Source: Macrostomum lignano
Lineage: Eukaryota
Direction: 5' to 3'
NCBI GenBank assembly: GCA_002269645.1
Contig: NIVC01000491.1
Coordinates: forward strand, 1 to 64,000
DNA: 64,000 nucleotides
Shown: positions 9,401-19,333 of the stretch, in pieces
Position numbering within the stretch: the stretch's first letter is position 1
Layout: the number at the start of each line of letters is the position of its first letter
Position numbers and translations under genes: made by a program
Notes under the pieces: generated by a model
Told to the model about the DNA's origin: nothing
The model's input: the letters and a program-made list of their open reading frames with translations, nothing else
Databases searched by the model: none

Positions 9401-11204
9401 CATTGGAAAAACATTTAAAACCGCGCATAAAGAAAATACAGCTAATAAAAAGATACCATCCATCAAAAATAAAAATATTGAAGAATCCGAAAAAGCCGGA
9501 ATAAAGAAATTCATGAAGAAGACTAAAGTCACTGCTACAGACTCCGGTGTGGAGCTAGCTAATGCAGACACCAAACTAGCGGTCAGGACTGGCGACTCTG
9601 GAGTGAGTGTGGCCGTTCAGCACAAAGACATGGCTCTCGGCGTGTCTCACGGATCGGACGGTTCTACAGAAGTGGCCGCCAGCAAAGGCGACAGCAAACT
9701 AGCGGTCAAGGCTGGCGACTCTGGAGTGAGTGTGGCCGCTCAGCACAAAGACATCGCTCTCGGCGTGTCTCACGGATCGGACGGTTCTACAGAAGTGGCC
9801 GCGAGCAAAAGCGACAGCAAACTAGCGGTCAAGGCTGGCGACTCTGGAGTGAGTGTGGCCGCTCAGCACAAAGACATCGCTCTCGGCGTGTCTCACGGAT
9901 CGGACGGTTCTACAGAAGTGGCCGCCAGCAAAGGCGACAGCAAACTAGCGGTCAAGGCTGGCGACTCTGGAGTGAGTGTGGCCGCTCAGCACAAAGACAT
10001 GGCTCTCGGCGTGTCTCACGGATCGGACAGTTCTACAGAAGTGGCCGCGAGCAAGGGCGACAGCAAACTAGTGGTCAAGGCTGGCGACTCTGGAGTGAGT
10101 GTGGCCGCTCAGCACAAAGACATGGCTCTCGGCGTGTCTCACGGATCGGACAGTTCTACAGAAGTGGCCGCGAGCAAGGGCGACAGCAAACTAGCGGTCA
10201 GGACTGGTGACTCTGGAGTGAGTGTGGCCGCTCAGCACAAAGACATCGCTCTCGGCGTGTCTCACGGATCGGACAGTTCTACAGAAGTGGCCGCGAGCAA
10301 GGGCGACAGCAAACTAGCGGTCAAGGCTGGCGACTCTGGAGTGAGTGTGGCCGCTCAGCACAAAGACATGGCTCTCGGCGTGTCTCACGGATCGGACGGT
10401 TCTACAGAAGTGGCCGCGAGCAAGGGCGACAGCAAACTAGCGGTCAAGGCTGGCGACTCTGGAGTGAGTGTGGCCGCTCAGCACAAAGACATCGCTCTCG
10501 GCGTGTCTCACGGATCGGACAGTTCTACAGAAGTGGCCGCGAGCAAGGGCGACAGCAAACTAGCGGTCAGGACTGGTGACTCTGGAGTGAGTGTGGCCGC
10601 TCAGCACAAAGACATCGCTCTCGGCGTGTCTCACGGATCGGACAGTTCTACAGAAGTGGCCGCGAGCAAGGGCGACAGCAAACTAGCGGTCAAGGCTGGC
10701 GACTCTGGAGTGAGTGTGGCCGCTCAGCACAAAGACATGGCTCTCGGCGTGTCTCACGGATCGGACGGTTCTACAGAAGTAGCCGCGAGCAAGGGCGACA
10801 GCAAACTAGCGGTCAAGGCTGGCGACTCTGGAGTGAGTGTGGCCGCTCAGCACAAAGACATGGCTCTCGGCGTGTCTCACGGATCGGACGGTTCTACAGA
10901 AGTGGCCGCCAGCAAAGGCGACAGCAAACTAGCGGTCAAGGCTGGCGACTCTGGAGTGAGTGTGGCCGCTCAGCACAAAGACATCGCTCTCGGCGTGTCT
11001 CACGGATCGGACGGTTCTACAGAAGTGGCCGCCAGCAAAGGCGACAGCAAACTAGCGGTCAAGGCTGGCGACTCTGGAGTGAGTGTGGCCGCTCAGCACA
11101 AAGACATCGCTCTCGGCGTGTCTCACGGATCGGACAGTTCTACAGAAGTGGCCGCCAGCAAGGGCGACAGCAAACTAGCGGTCAAGGCTGGTGAATCTCT
11201 ATAA
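2895..11204 (+). CDS. Giant SecA-like ATPase gene (reconstructed ~2,770 aa), interrupted by about three small indels
   Basis: Three consecutive ORFs join into one protein if indels at ~3440, ~3535 and ~7190 are corrected. SecA motifs occur in order: QILTGEGKS, VAPSEVLAARD, IVYGTVSSFAGDTLR, IIVDEVDSLLLD, RWSDGLQQFL, GVSGT, VATNLAGRGTD, GGLHV, then QRVEEQVFGRSGRKG in the -1 frame. Confidence 0.85.
3250..3495 (+). repeat. 33-bp coding tandem repeat (EQRMERERRGQ/EK), ~7 copies
   Basis: Unit gagcagagaatggagagagagcgcagagga(c/a)aa repeated. Confidence 0.9.
3535..7191 (+). CDS. Middle segment of SecA-like gene: coiled coil, helical region, SecA DEAD-like and helicase-C domains
   Basis: ORF 3577-7194 extends upstream as AVTFDQRRAEQQMARQ. 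It has the Walker A-like TGEGKS and DEVD motifs and ends at ...VTFLP-TGA in the middle of a conserved SecA motif. Confidence 0.9.
7191..11204 (+). CDS. C-terminal segment of SecA-like gene: motif VI, TPR, hydrophobic segment, 41-aa repeats
   Basis: The frame from 7191 reads LNQRVEEQVFGRSGRKGQRG, equivalent to SecA RRIDNQLRGRSGRQG. TPR-like FERAIDLYTKAINMN...AYYNRAYAKI follows. Stop TAA at 11202-11204. Confidence 0.85.
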   Translation: MNQRVEEQVFGRSGRKGQRGSATLLLSREGLSACFSDCDSVEEMKQVRREASLQELKNHEEFALPEVEFKENLFKCISHLLSEYYHQIKKPPSTGTELEKRWSETDLKLKMDHLKEIWGMHLKKTLCHITDFSRERTAQCIGEVEKMFQEAKSNVESECSLSPFQALKFAEKSVRHEDFERAIDLYTKAINMNSSWSSIAYYNRAYAKIMKGNCDIREVMDDLKDAKARIAETWLAHATWTQLYSGARIQQENASDNDCEEEAKKETPKDQANKQVKEEARQDVRSETANPQFRQCMARIRIISNYKTQIEKCLEKLEEHRRAGDKIIAVSTCIKEIEKEPDSITLDELKSLYHLGHVRFFDVQKKPSYTLAIAVAIFGAFEIALGSALCYCGQVNVGNYFINEGINDIMAGAMGMIQGDFNLKAWLKSKAINIGVSLLTFGFRKVANYLKSSGKFASVAQKVNSAGSTFYTKAASVLNKVIGQNAVKFIKNIMSNPIVQKVTDYAISVAQRKLLDQLIEKLKQDVQSDVKEKCASEAESGKLHDIVLRLTAPLCLVKDQETSKVDLYDFSTLPHSQSNNILQALTTIAHEATDELMSDVTNTAKVIEAINSRLTVLKDEFSQLFKGILSFVRLASVAVDSAAIAQHAKTLNSLVGNTVDCMYKLLLKREWKIKFDQTIDIRSKKLQRKECIKPLCKATGKELEQRIIECVIVILEEHIRKNLDGIVENSIEQAKKFIGKTFKTAHKENTANKKIPSIKNKNIEESEKAGIKKFMKKTKVTATDSGVELANADTKLAVRTGDSGVSVAVQHKDMALGVSHGSDGSTEVAASKGDSKLAVKAGDSGVSVAAQHKDIALGVSHGSDGSTEVAASKSDSKLAVKAGDSGVSVAAQHKDIALGVSHGSDGSTEVAASKGDSKLAVKAGDSGVSVAAQHKDMALGVSHGSDSSTEVAASKGDSKLVVKAGDSGVSVAAQHKDMALGVSHGSDSSTEVAASKGDSKLAVRTGDSGVSVAAQHKDIALGVSHGSDSSTEVAASKGDSKLAVKAGDSGVSVAAQHKDMALGVSHGSDGSTEVAASKGDSKLAVKAGDSGVSVAAQHKDIALGVSHGSDSSTEVAASKGDSKLAVRTGDSGVSVAAQHKDIALGVSHGSDSSTEVAASKGDSKLAVKAGDSGVSVAAQHKDMALGVSHGSDGSTEVAASKGDSKLAVKAGDSGVSVAAQHKDMALGVSHGSDGSTEVAASKGDSKLAVKAGDSGVSVAAQHKDIALGVSHGSDGSTEVAASKGDSKLAVKAGDSGVSVAAQHKDIALGVSHGSDSSTEVAASKGDSKLAVKAGESL
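9570..11195 (+). repeat. 123-bp coding tandem repeat, 13 full copies plus a partial (41 aa each)
   Basis: aaactagc recurs at 9573, 9696 and onwards. Unit DSKLAVKAGDSGVSVAAQHKD(M/I)ALGVSHGSD(G/S)STEVAASKG. Confidence 0.97.
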
Positions 11205-13310
11205 GGACTACCATTTTGACGTGTAATGACGGTAATATTTTGGCTATACGATTTAATCGAAAAGGACATTTTTCAGTGACGTCCTTTGACTTCCGTGTGG
11301 TTGAATACTTTTGCGGACTTCAGAGTGTCGTTGTCTAAGCGTTCGTTTGAAATGCAGTGTAGATGAAAAAAAGTGTTGAAATTAGTATTTATAGTTTCTA
11401 GTATAGCAAGTAAATCATTTAGGTCATTTTATCCACCTACATGTGCTTGTATCGTTTGAATTAAAAACTTTTACAAGAATACAAGTACCCACTAAATTGA
11501 TGCAGCTTCGTTTAGGAGTTATTTGGCATTGATTTGGGGCTACTAGTTTTTATTTTATTTATAAAATAATATTAACTATTCGCATTGTAATCGTGTAATT
11601 CGTGGTTTTTCTATGGGTAAATTATGGATTTTCTATGGGTAAATTATGGATTTTCTATGGGTAAATTACCTTTTGGAGGAATGCAGCGACAGGTACATGT
11701 CGCTAACTTTTTATGCTATCTGCTAATAACATTTTGAGCTAAAGCTTTCCCTAAATTGCCTGACGTCAAAGTATGCAAATGAGTAAGCTTAATGATCTAT
11801 AGTTAGTGGAGCGAATAATTGTGAGCAAAAACGAGAACCCTGAGCCCTTTTCGGCTAAATTTTAAAATTATTATGATCATTGTATTGTTGGACAAATTTT
11901 AGTGAAAGCACTTCTGCTCATTTTGCATGTACATATATGTGAATGTACGACTCATATCGCACATATCCAGAGAATTTGGAATATTGCTAATGGTGAGTAA
12001 TTCAGTTGAAGATAATGAACTGCTTTGCCTATTTCTTTACTATTTCTGGTTTAACATTGTTAATTTTTTAAATGGCTTTAAAATCATTTGATTTTAAACA
12101 CACTACTACATGTATATGTTACTGTACCTTCGTAGCTTTTTTGTCGAACGTATATCGAACGCACCAAAAGCCGAATTACAATCTTTATTTTATTTTAAGA
12201 GGAGTATATAGCTCGTATGTATTAAATAAATTATCGGAAAAAGTCTGAGATCTGATGTGAACAGCAAATTTACTGATGATTATGTACATAGGCTACACTC
12301 GGCGACTTTAAATAAAGGCTCATTCCCATTGCAATCAAATTCAACCAACCAAATAGTACGATTGATGTAACCGCCCTTGTCGCCTGTCCACTCCTATTGA
12401 GAGACGAACGCTTGGCTAGAGGGGGCAATGACCGTAGGCTGCCTATGACCGGGCAATGACCTGACGGACCTCCAGCACCAGACTGTCCCGCCCACATGAT
12501 TGATAGCTTTGGTAGCGCTTCGTGACCAGAGGGCCAAGGACCCACATGGACCCCACCTGTAGCCAAGGTGCAATAGTTGGTCACTCGGTCATAGTATGAC
12601 CGAGTGGCTGCCACCACTCTATGTGACCTGGCGCACCTGGATCTTTCTACCAGACCTCTCGAGGCTAGAGCCCCGCCTGGATTGGTTACCAGGGGATTTA
12701 GGCTAACAGGGGAGACGCATGCAGCCGAGTACAGGGACTCTGCTTGGGGCATGATCGGGAACTCTGGGCTCAATCCTGGAGGATTTCTCAGCAGGGGATC
12801 CTTTGTGGCTGTGAGCGAGGCTGACTTGCGACTTTGATTACTAAGAGTAGCATGAGGCGAACATGTACTGTCTCTAGTTTAGATTGCTCAGGGCGAAGGG
12901 ACGCGTTAGCATGGGGTTGCAACCTTCCTACTGCCATTCTGTGCCAAGACTCGCTAATCCCTCTACTGCACGCACACGCGGCCCCGCAGCACGCACTCAC
13001 AGGCGGGCTTTGCACGGGGAGAGGCCATTAGCTTACCCAAACTTCCCTATGCTTTGCCACCCCGGGAGAAAGGCTTAGCAAGCCATGAGTTAAATGATGG
13101 TGAAAGATGGAATAATGATGAAGTTAGTTAATAGTTAATAATTAGGCCCTTAGGCGAATAATCAGGCAATTAGGCGGCTTCACTATTGAGTAAAATACAG
13201 CAAGAGATACGGTATCACAATTGGCTCAGCTCTCTAATCAGACAATGGAAAATAGGCAAACCCCGGATAAGCAAAGGCAATTAGGGCACAAATTAGTAAC
13301 AGGAACTTAC

Positions 13311-13603
13311 CGGCAGCTGCACAGAGAGAGAGAGAGGCGGAGTGACCGGTGGCGGCTGTAGGCTGCAGTCAGGCAGACAGTGAAGCGGCGATGCGCTGGA
13401 GCGACGAGGCGCTGATGTAGATCAGGCGATGCTGATGATGCTGGGCGGTATCAGACCGCTGGCCGATAGGCGAGCTCACTTGGGGAGCTAAGGATAACTT
13501 GGCGGTAACAGACCGCGGACCGGCAGGGATTCGCCTTATAGACGAACAGGTCAGAACTCAGTCTGACAACAAGTCCCGGAAAGGGGGAAACGTAGAACGA
13601 GTG
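13311..13603 (-). other. Candidate non-coding first exon downstream of the promoter
   Basis: ATG-free ~290 nt starting ~30 nt after the TATA box and ending at the donor CCG|GTAAGT (13311/13310). Confidence 0.4.
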
Positions 13604-13628
13604 AGGATTCTCATGCCGAAATCGCTTC

Positions 13629-14180
13629 CTTTTATAGACCTCACAGCCGCCTCCTCAAGGTCGTTACCATGGCTCCCTCTCTCTGATTGGCTGCCGGCAA
13701 AATGACGTCAGAGTGAGTCATGATGAGAAGCATGAGACCGGCATAGCAACATGAGAAATCGGGAAATTGCGCAATCCGGAAGTGGGGTGGGGGGATAATT
13801 GGCGCAGCGGGTGGTCGCGAAAGTATTGCGCAAGCAAACATTGAGAACAATAGGGCTGGGGTCGAGAACAAAGGAATTGGAAAACGGGGATAATTGGGGA
13901 GAACTGAGAACAATGGAAAAGTAAACATTGGGGAAAAGGTGATAATTAGGTGCGAAAACGAGAACAAAAGAAAGAGAAAATCGGAGAAAATGTGATAATT
14001 GGTGGGGGTCGAGAGAACAAAAGAATCAAAAACGAGAACAATAGAAGCGGAGGTGGGGTGGGTGTCGCATGAGAAATTTGGGAAGGAGAACAATGGCATG
14101 AGAAAAGGTTGCGCAAGAGAGGGGGATGAGTCATCGATGAGTCATCGGGGGGGGAAGAAGGGGTCACACGACTTGCGTCA
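13629..14180 (-). promoter_or_regulatory. Pol II promoter/enhancer: TATA, CCAAT, CRE, AP-1 x3, C/EBP x3, ETS
   Basis: Minus-strand CTATAAAAG 13629-13637 and CCAAT 13686-13690. TGACGTCA 13703-13710; TGAGTCA 13714, 14127, 14138; ATTGCGCAAT 13766-13775, ATTGCGCAAG 13825, GTTGCGCAAG 14108; CCGGAAGT 13776-13783. Confidence 0.6.
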
Positions 14181-14757
14181 CCGTTTGGGAGTTTGAGAGG
14201 GGATGGGGGGACGGTGAGCACACAACATACTGTAAGTAGACACAGGGAAAGAGGGGACAGCGCAGGAAAAGAGTGCAGAGGAAGACAAAAAGAGGGGAGA
14301 CAGGGAAAGTACAGGAAGAATAGGGCGGAAAACAGAAGAGATAGGGTAGAGGGGGAGGTACAGAAAGGGGTAGGGGGCTCCGGAAAGGCAGGTGTGGCGG
14401 CAGGGGAGACGGGACCAAGGCAGCAAGAGAGGTGCAGCAGAGCGGGAGTCTCCAGGCCCGGTCGGAGACCTGGCCGAGTCTCGACAGCTCTGTGCAGAGG
14501 GTGCACGGGATAGGAGGCACTTTCGAAAAAGTTCCCATGCCCTATCCCGCGACCGGAGCGTGGTTACATCACGATCAATGTACAAATGAACCAAATTTGA
14601 TGTACAAGTCGCGTTATCAAACGAAATTGGACCAGATTAGATGGTGTTTTGAATGAACGAAGTTAGGGCCGCACTCCTGTGTGAGTTTGGCCTGCTGTGC
14701 ATATGGCTGCCGTACGTATCCGAGCGCTTGCATGTGTGCCTGGTCGGGGGGGGTGTC

Positions 14758-14928
<171 letters not shown>

Positions 14929-15432
14929 CAAACTGCAGCCCTCCTACTTCTAAGTCCAACCCATTACTCTGATGGATCTAAGTACACGCACATGAGGGTA
15001 CATGCGTTAGATGTAAAAATACAAATTAAAGCTATGCAAGCGCATGAACTTCAAGAACACGGCCGGACATTTTCTTGCGTACTTTTCAAACAAGAATCAA
15101 GTCGCCAGCCCTCCAGACCGTGGAGATATTCGACGATTCTGCGAAGGTAGGATTTTTCCCATACGATCTATATTTTATATAGTGTGTTCAATAATTAATT
15201 ACACCCCTGTTCGCCAATCAGCACTGCACTGCACCTCAGTACTCATGCAGCCTTGCCTGCTAGCCTCGAAATTTCATTAATTAGCACGTCGAAGATGCAG
15301 TGTCTGCATCAACTCGAACTTCGTCGGTCTCTGGCTTTCACCCAAAGACGGAGCTTCTGGACTTTCAACAGGTGGCACCAGGTGACTATGGACACCCTGT
15401 TGCGAATTTCCGGTCTACTTTCGCTGATTAAG

Positions 15433-15686
15433 CCTCTCGACAGTGGGCAAGCCTCAACTGCTGGACATCCTGGGTCGATCGCTATAGTCTCTCATGCATT
15501 CAGTCATCATCCAGACGTCGTCGTCTACTGATCAACTGAGATGACCTGGTGATGAGGATCCATATAGTCTGAACCTGCCACCTGGTGTCATCTATTAAAT
15601 GCCGATGACGACGTCTGGGTGATGACTGAATGCTTGAGAGACTTAGCTGAGAATTTCCAGCTGTTGAGGTTTGCCCTCTCTCGGGG
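15433..15686. other. ~250-nt imperfect inverted repeat (foldback/MITE or long hairpin RNA)
   Basis: Arms 15486-15525 and 15604-15643 are reverse complements at 37/40. Weaker pairing extends out to 15433/15686. Confidence 0.75.
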
Positions 15687-16701
15687 GATTCCCCTTTGTT
15701 ATAGTTGTACTTTTAGTGCATATAAATACTTAATCGACCAGGACCAAGCCTTATATCGACTAGACTGTTCATGATCTTAGACGTAAAGGCCGCTGCAGCG
15801 CTGTACATGTACATGTATATATGAATATCAGTGCAACATAGACGTCTCTGCCAAATGAATATTTCACGTTAAGCCGACAGAAAAAATGTTGCATGTACGT
15901 ACTTATGTATTTGCCTTGTCGCATCGATGATAATTAATTACTTTGCAAGGAAAATTTCTGCCGACGTTGTCTCAGGTGCTTGCGTTAATTGTCTGCATGT
16001 ACTTCAATTTGCTGACATGTACATATGTCGCTCAGTGTGTGCGTGCTTGTAAAAAGGCATCAGTGTCTACATAATGTAACTACAGGTAACTAAAAACTAA
16101 CTATAGCCTATATACCTTCAACAGGTAGCATCAGGAGCATAAGTATATGGACACCAGCTGTTGCTACTACACTGACAGTGGGCAGACCTCAACTACTGGG
16201 CATTTTCATTTTGTTTTTTAAACTAGAAGAATGGCAATTAGTATTCCTACTGTTGATATATTAGACTTCAATAGGCCACTACTGCACTGCACCGAGCTTA
16301 AATGTCCTTCTGCCAGTGTACTTGATAATCTCGTAGTATTTGGTATTATTAAGTAGTGGTGGTAACCGGTCATTCTTTAAAGCATCGCATTACATTAAAA
16401 AATCACATATTTGCTAAAAAATTGCGCACTCCAAAAACTACGACTATATTTGTTCGAACTGCTAGCAACGATATCATGCGAAAAAAAATCTCATTCAATT
16501 GAACGTAGCATGTGTACAGTGTGGTCGGATTCTCGCCTTTAACAATTTTCAAGTTTACAAAATAAAAACCGCTAGAGTCGAGCAAATCTTAATTTTATTA
16601 ATTTGCTATTCAATTAAAATCTATTTTGACCTAAGATTTGACTTTCTTGCTTTTCGATTCTTGTATAGCTTTTAAAGCTAAGGGGGGCCCTAATAAAAAT
16701 C

Positions 16702-16792
16702 ATGGAAAACTCAACAAAGTCAAAACAAATCTCCTCTGAAGCCGAAGGTGCCGAAAAAGATATTTTCAGAGACACTTGGGTTCGATATTTAG
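16702..16792 (+). CDS. MTFP1: Mitochondrial fission process protein 1 (MTP18), exon 1
   Basis: MENSTKSKQISSEAEGAEKDIFRDTWVRYL(G) matches the MTFP1 D-x-Y/F-RDTWVRYLG motif. Donor AG|GTAAG, phase 1. Confidence 0.92.
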
Positions 16793-17491
16793 GTAAGTTA
16801 TCCATAAAAGTCTTACAGCCATTTTTATTGTTTAATCCTACTATTTACTGAAGCAAGGTCTAGGTCTAGGCTAGGGTCTATATCCTATATACTAAAAATG
16901 AAAATCTTGCTTGCTTGCTTGCTTGCTTGCAATCGATTAGAGAAAAAATGGCTTAACCGATTTTCATGAGACTTGCACTGTTTGATCAGAAATTTTCCCG
17001 TGACGGTACATGCATCTTGGCTAAGAAATTGCTCCATGTTAAAGGGATTAAATATTCGAAAAACATGCTTTTTTGCAAAGGTCAAGCAAACTTTTCGACT
17101 TGAAATGCATTGTAAGAATGCTAGAGAAAAAAACTGACTGGTTGAATTCTGATTCTGAAATAGATTGCATCATAACTGAATTGTAACTCTGACTTGAATT
17201 GAAAATGCAGTGTGGAAGCGTAGCACCAGACTTGATTTAAATTGCGTAACCATATTGTTAACTGATACTGACTGACTGAGAAATTGATTATGTCATAACT
17301 GCCTCGTGTGATTTACTCCATGCTTGGAGTTTTGAAACTTATAATTATAAGTGCTAAAATTCATATTATCAAAACGATGAGAGCTAGCCTAGAGGTAAAC
17401 AGACTGACTGCTAAATGCAGGGACGATGGTTCGAATTTTTAGAGAGTGGAATTTTTTTAATTAAAGCTTTTTAACACCAAGAAGAAAACTA

Positions 17492-18300
17492 AAAAATCAT
17501 AGAAGCGTCATGTAAAAAATCATAGAAGCATCATGTAAAAAATCATAGAAGCGTCATGTAAAAAATCATGGAAGCATCATGAAAAAATCATAGAAGCATC
17601 ATGTAAAAATCATAGAAGCGTCCTGCAGAAATCGTAGAAGCATCATGTAAAAATCATAGAAGCGTCATGTAAACAATCATAGAAGCGTCATGTAAAAAAT
17701 CATAGAAGCGTCATGTAAACAATCATAGAAGCGTCATGCAAAAAATCATAGAAGTGTCATGTAAAAGATCATGGAAGCGTCATGAAAAAATCATGGAAGC
17801 GTCATGTAAAAATCATAGAAGTGTCATGTAAAAAATCATGGAAGCGTCATGTAAAAATCATAGAAGCGTCATGTAAAAAATCATAGAAGCGTCATGTAAA
17901 CAATCATAGAAGCGTCCTGCAGATATCGTAGAAGCGTCATGAAATAATCATAGAAGCGTCATGTAAAAAGCATAGAAGCGTCATGTAAAAAATCATGGAA
18001 GCGTCATGTAAACAATCATAGTAGCGTCATGTAAAAATCATAGAAGTGTCATGAAAAAATCATAGAAGCGTCATGAAAAAAACATAGAAATGTCATGTAA
18101 AAATCATAGAATCGTCATATAAAAAGCATAGAAGCATCATGTAAACAATCATAGAAGCGTCATATAAAAAGCATAGAAGCGGCATGAAAAAATCATGGAA
18201 GCGTCATGAAAAAATCATAGAAGCGTCATGTAAAAAGCATAGAAGCGTCATGTAAACAATCATAGAAGCGTCATGAAAAAATCATAGAAGCCTCATTTAA
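17492..18300. repeat. ~21-23-bp minisatellite inside Helitron copy 1 (repeated at 19943-20751)
   Basis: Unit aaaaatcatagaagcgtcatgt. Confidence 0.95.
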
Positions 18301-19172
18301 AAACTAATGAAAGTGTCATTTAAAAAATTAAGAAGCATCATGGAAGAATAAAAGAAGTGTAATGTAAAAATCAAAAGAAGCGTCATGTCAGACATGAAGG
18401 ATGTCATGTAAAAATGAAATGCAGCTATAATGCTGTGCTGGGAAGAAAAACTGAGACGTAAAGGCTCTCAGAGAATAACTGAGATTACGAGGGGGGGTTG
18501 TTTCTGGGATCTCAAAGCAAAAGTCAGAAGCTACTTCAAAGTTCATGTACTTTACTCAATTTTTTATTACATTCTTTGTTGGCTCGCCATGGGGGGTGCT
18601 GATAGAAGAAGAGTCATGTAAAAAATAAAAGTAGCACTATGTATACATAAAAGACAAGTCATGTCAAAGTTAAAAGATTCATTTGGGAATTGCTACGATG
18701 TCAAAGCTTGGTGGAAATCGTTATAGTGCTGTGATTCTTAAAGAAGGAATCACTAAAATGTCAAGGCTTAGGGGAGAAGAATTGCTGAGATTTCAAGGCT
18801 TTAGGTTGGGTTAAAGTTAGGTTTAGGTCAGGTGTGGGTTGAGGGTTATATTTTATCGGGTTTCAAGGTTAACAGTGGATTTTTTAGATTTCAAGGTTTA
18901 TGGGGGCCATCGCTGACATGTCAAGGCTTACGGACAGGGGGGGGGAATAGCTGAGATGTCAAGGCTCACGGGGGTATAAATGAGATTTCAAGGCTAAAGT
19001 CAGAAGCTACATGTAGTTTATTGAAAACTTTTTATTACATTATTTGATGCCTCCTCAGGCGAGGGATTGCTGATAAAAAAAGCGTTATGTAAAAAATAAA
19101 AGAAGCTTATCGCTATAATGCTGTAGTAGTGCTATAATGACTCTTAGAGAGAATTACTGAAATTTCAATGCT

Positions 19173-19211
19173 TTAGGGTTAGGTTAGGGTTAGGGTTAGG
19201 GTTAGGGTTAG
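19173..19211 (+). repeat. Interstitial telomeric (TTAGGG)n tract, repeated at 21624-21662
   Basis: ttagggttaggttagggttagggttagggttagggttag. Confidence 0.9.
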
Positions 19212-19333
19212 AAGGTTGACAGATATTTTTAGATAAGCTTATTAAAAAAATGTGTATAGCATTTCTTTGGCTCCCCAACGGGGGGCGTAGATTGCTAGTA
19301 ATATTCTAATTGTTGTAATTTTGTAGACAACCA

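Larger units (their letters stand above)
16883..19298 (+). mobile_element. Non-autonomous Helitron, copy 1 (2416 bp)
   Basis: 5' A|TCCTATATACTAAAAA. 3' GC-rich hairpin gctccccaacggggggc about 8 nt before CTAG|T. No Rep/helicase ORF. Confidence 0.75.

Noticed and set aside
15549-15630. C/D box snoRNA (TGATGA...CTGA)
   Set aside because: The boxes are too close and lie inside a larger inverted repeat, and there is no recognisable guide. Left as part of the foldback finding.
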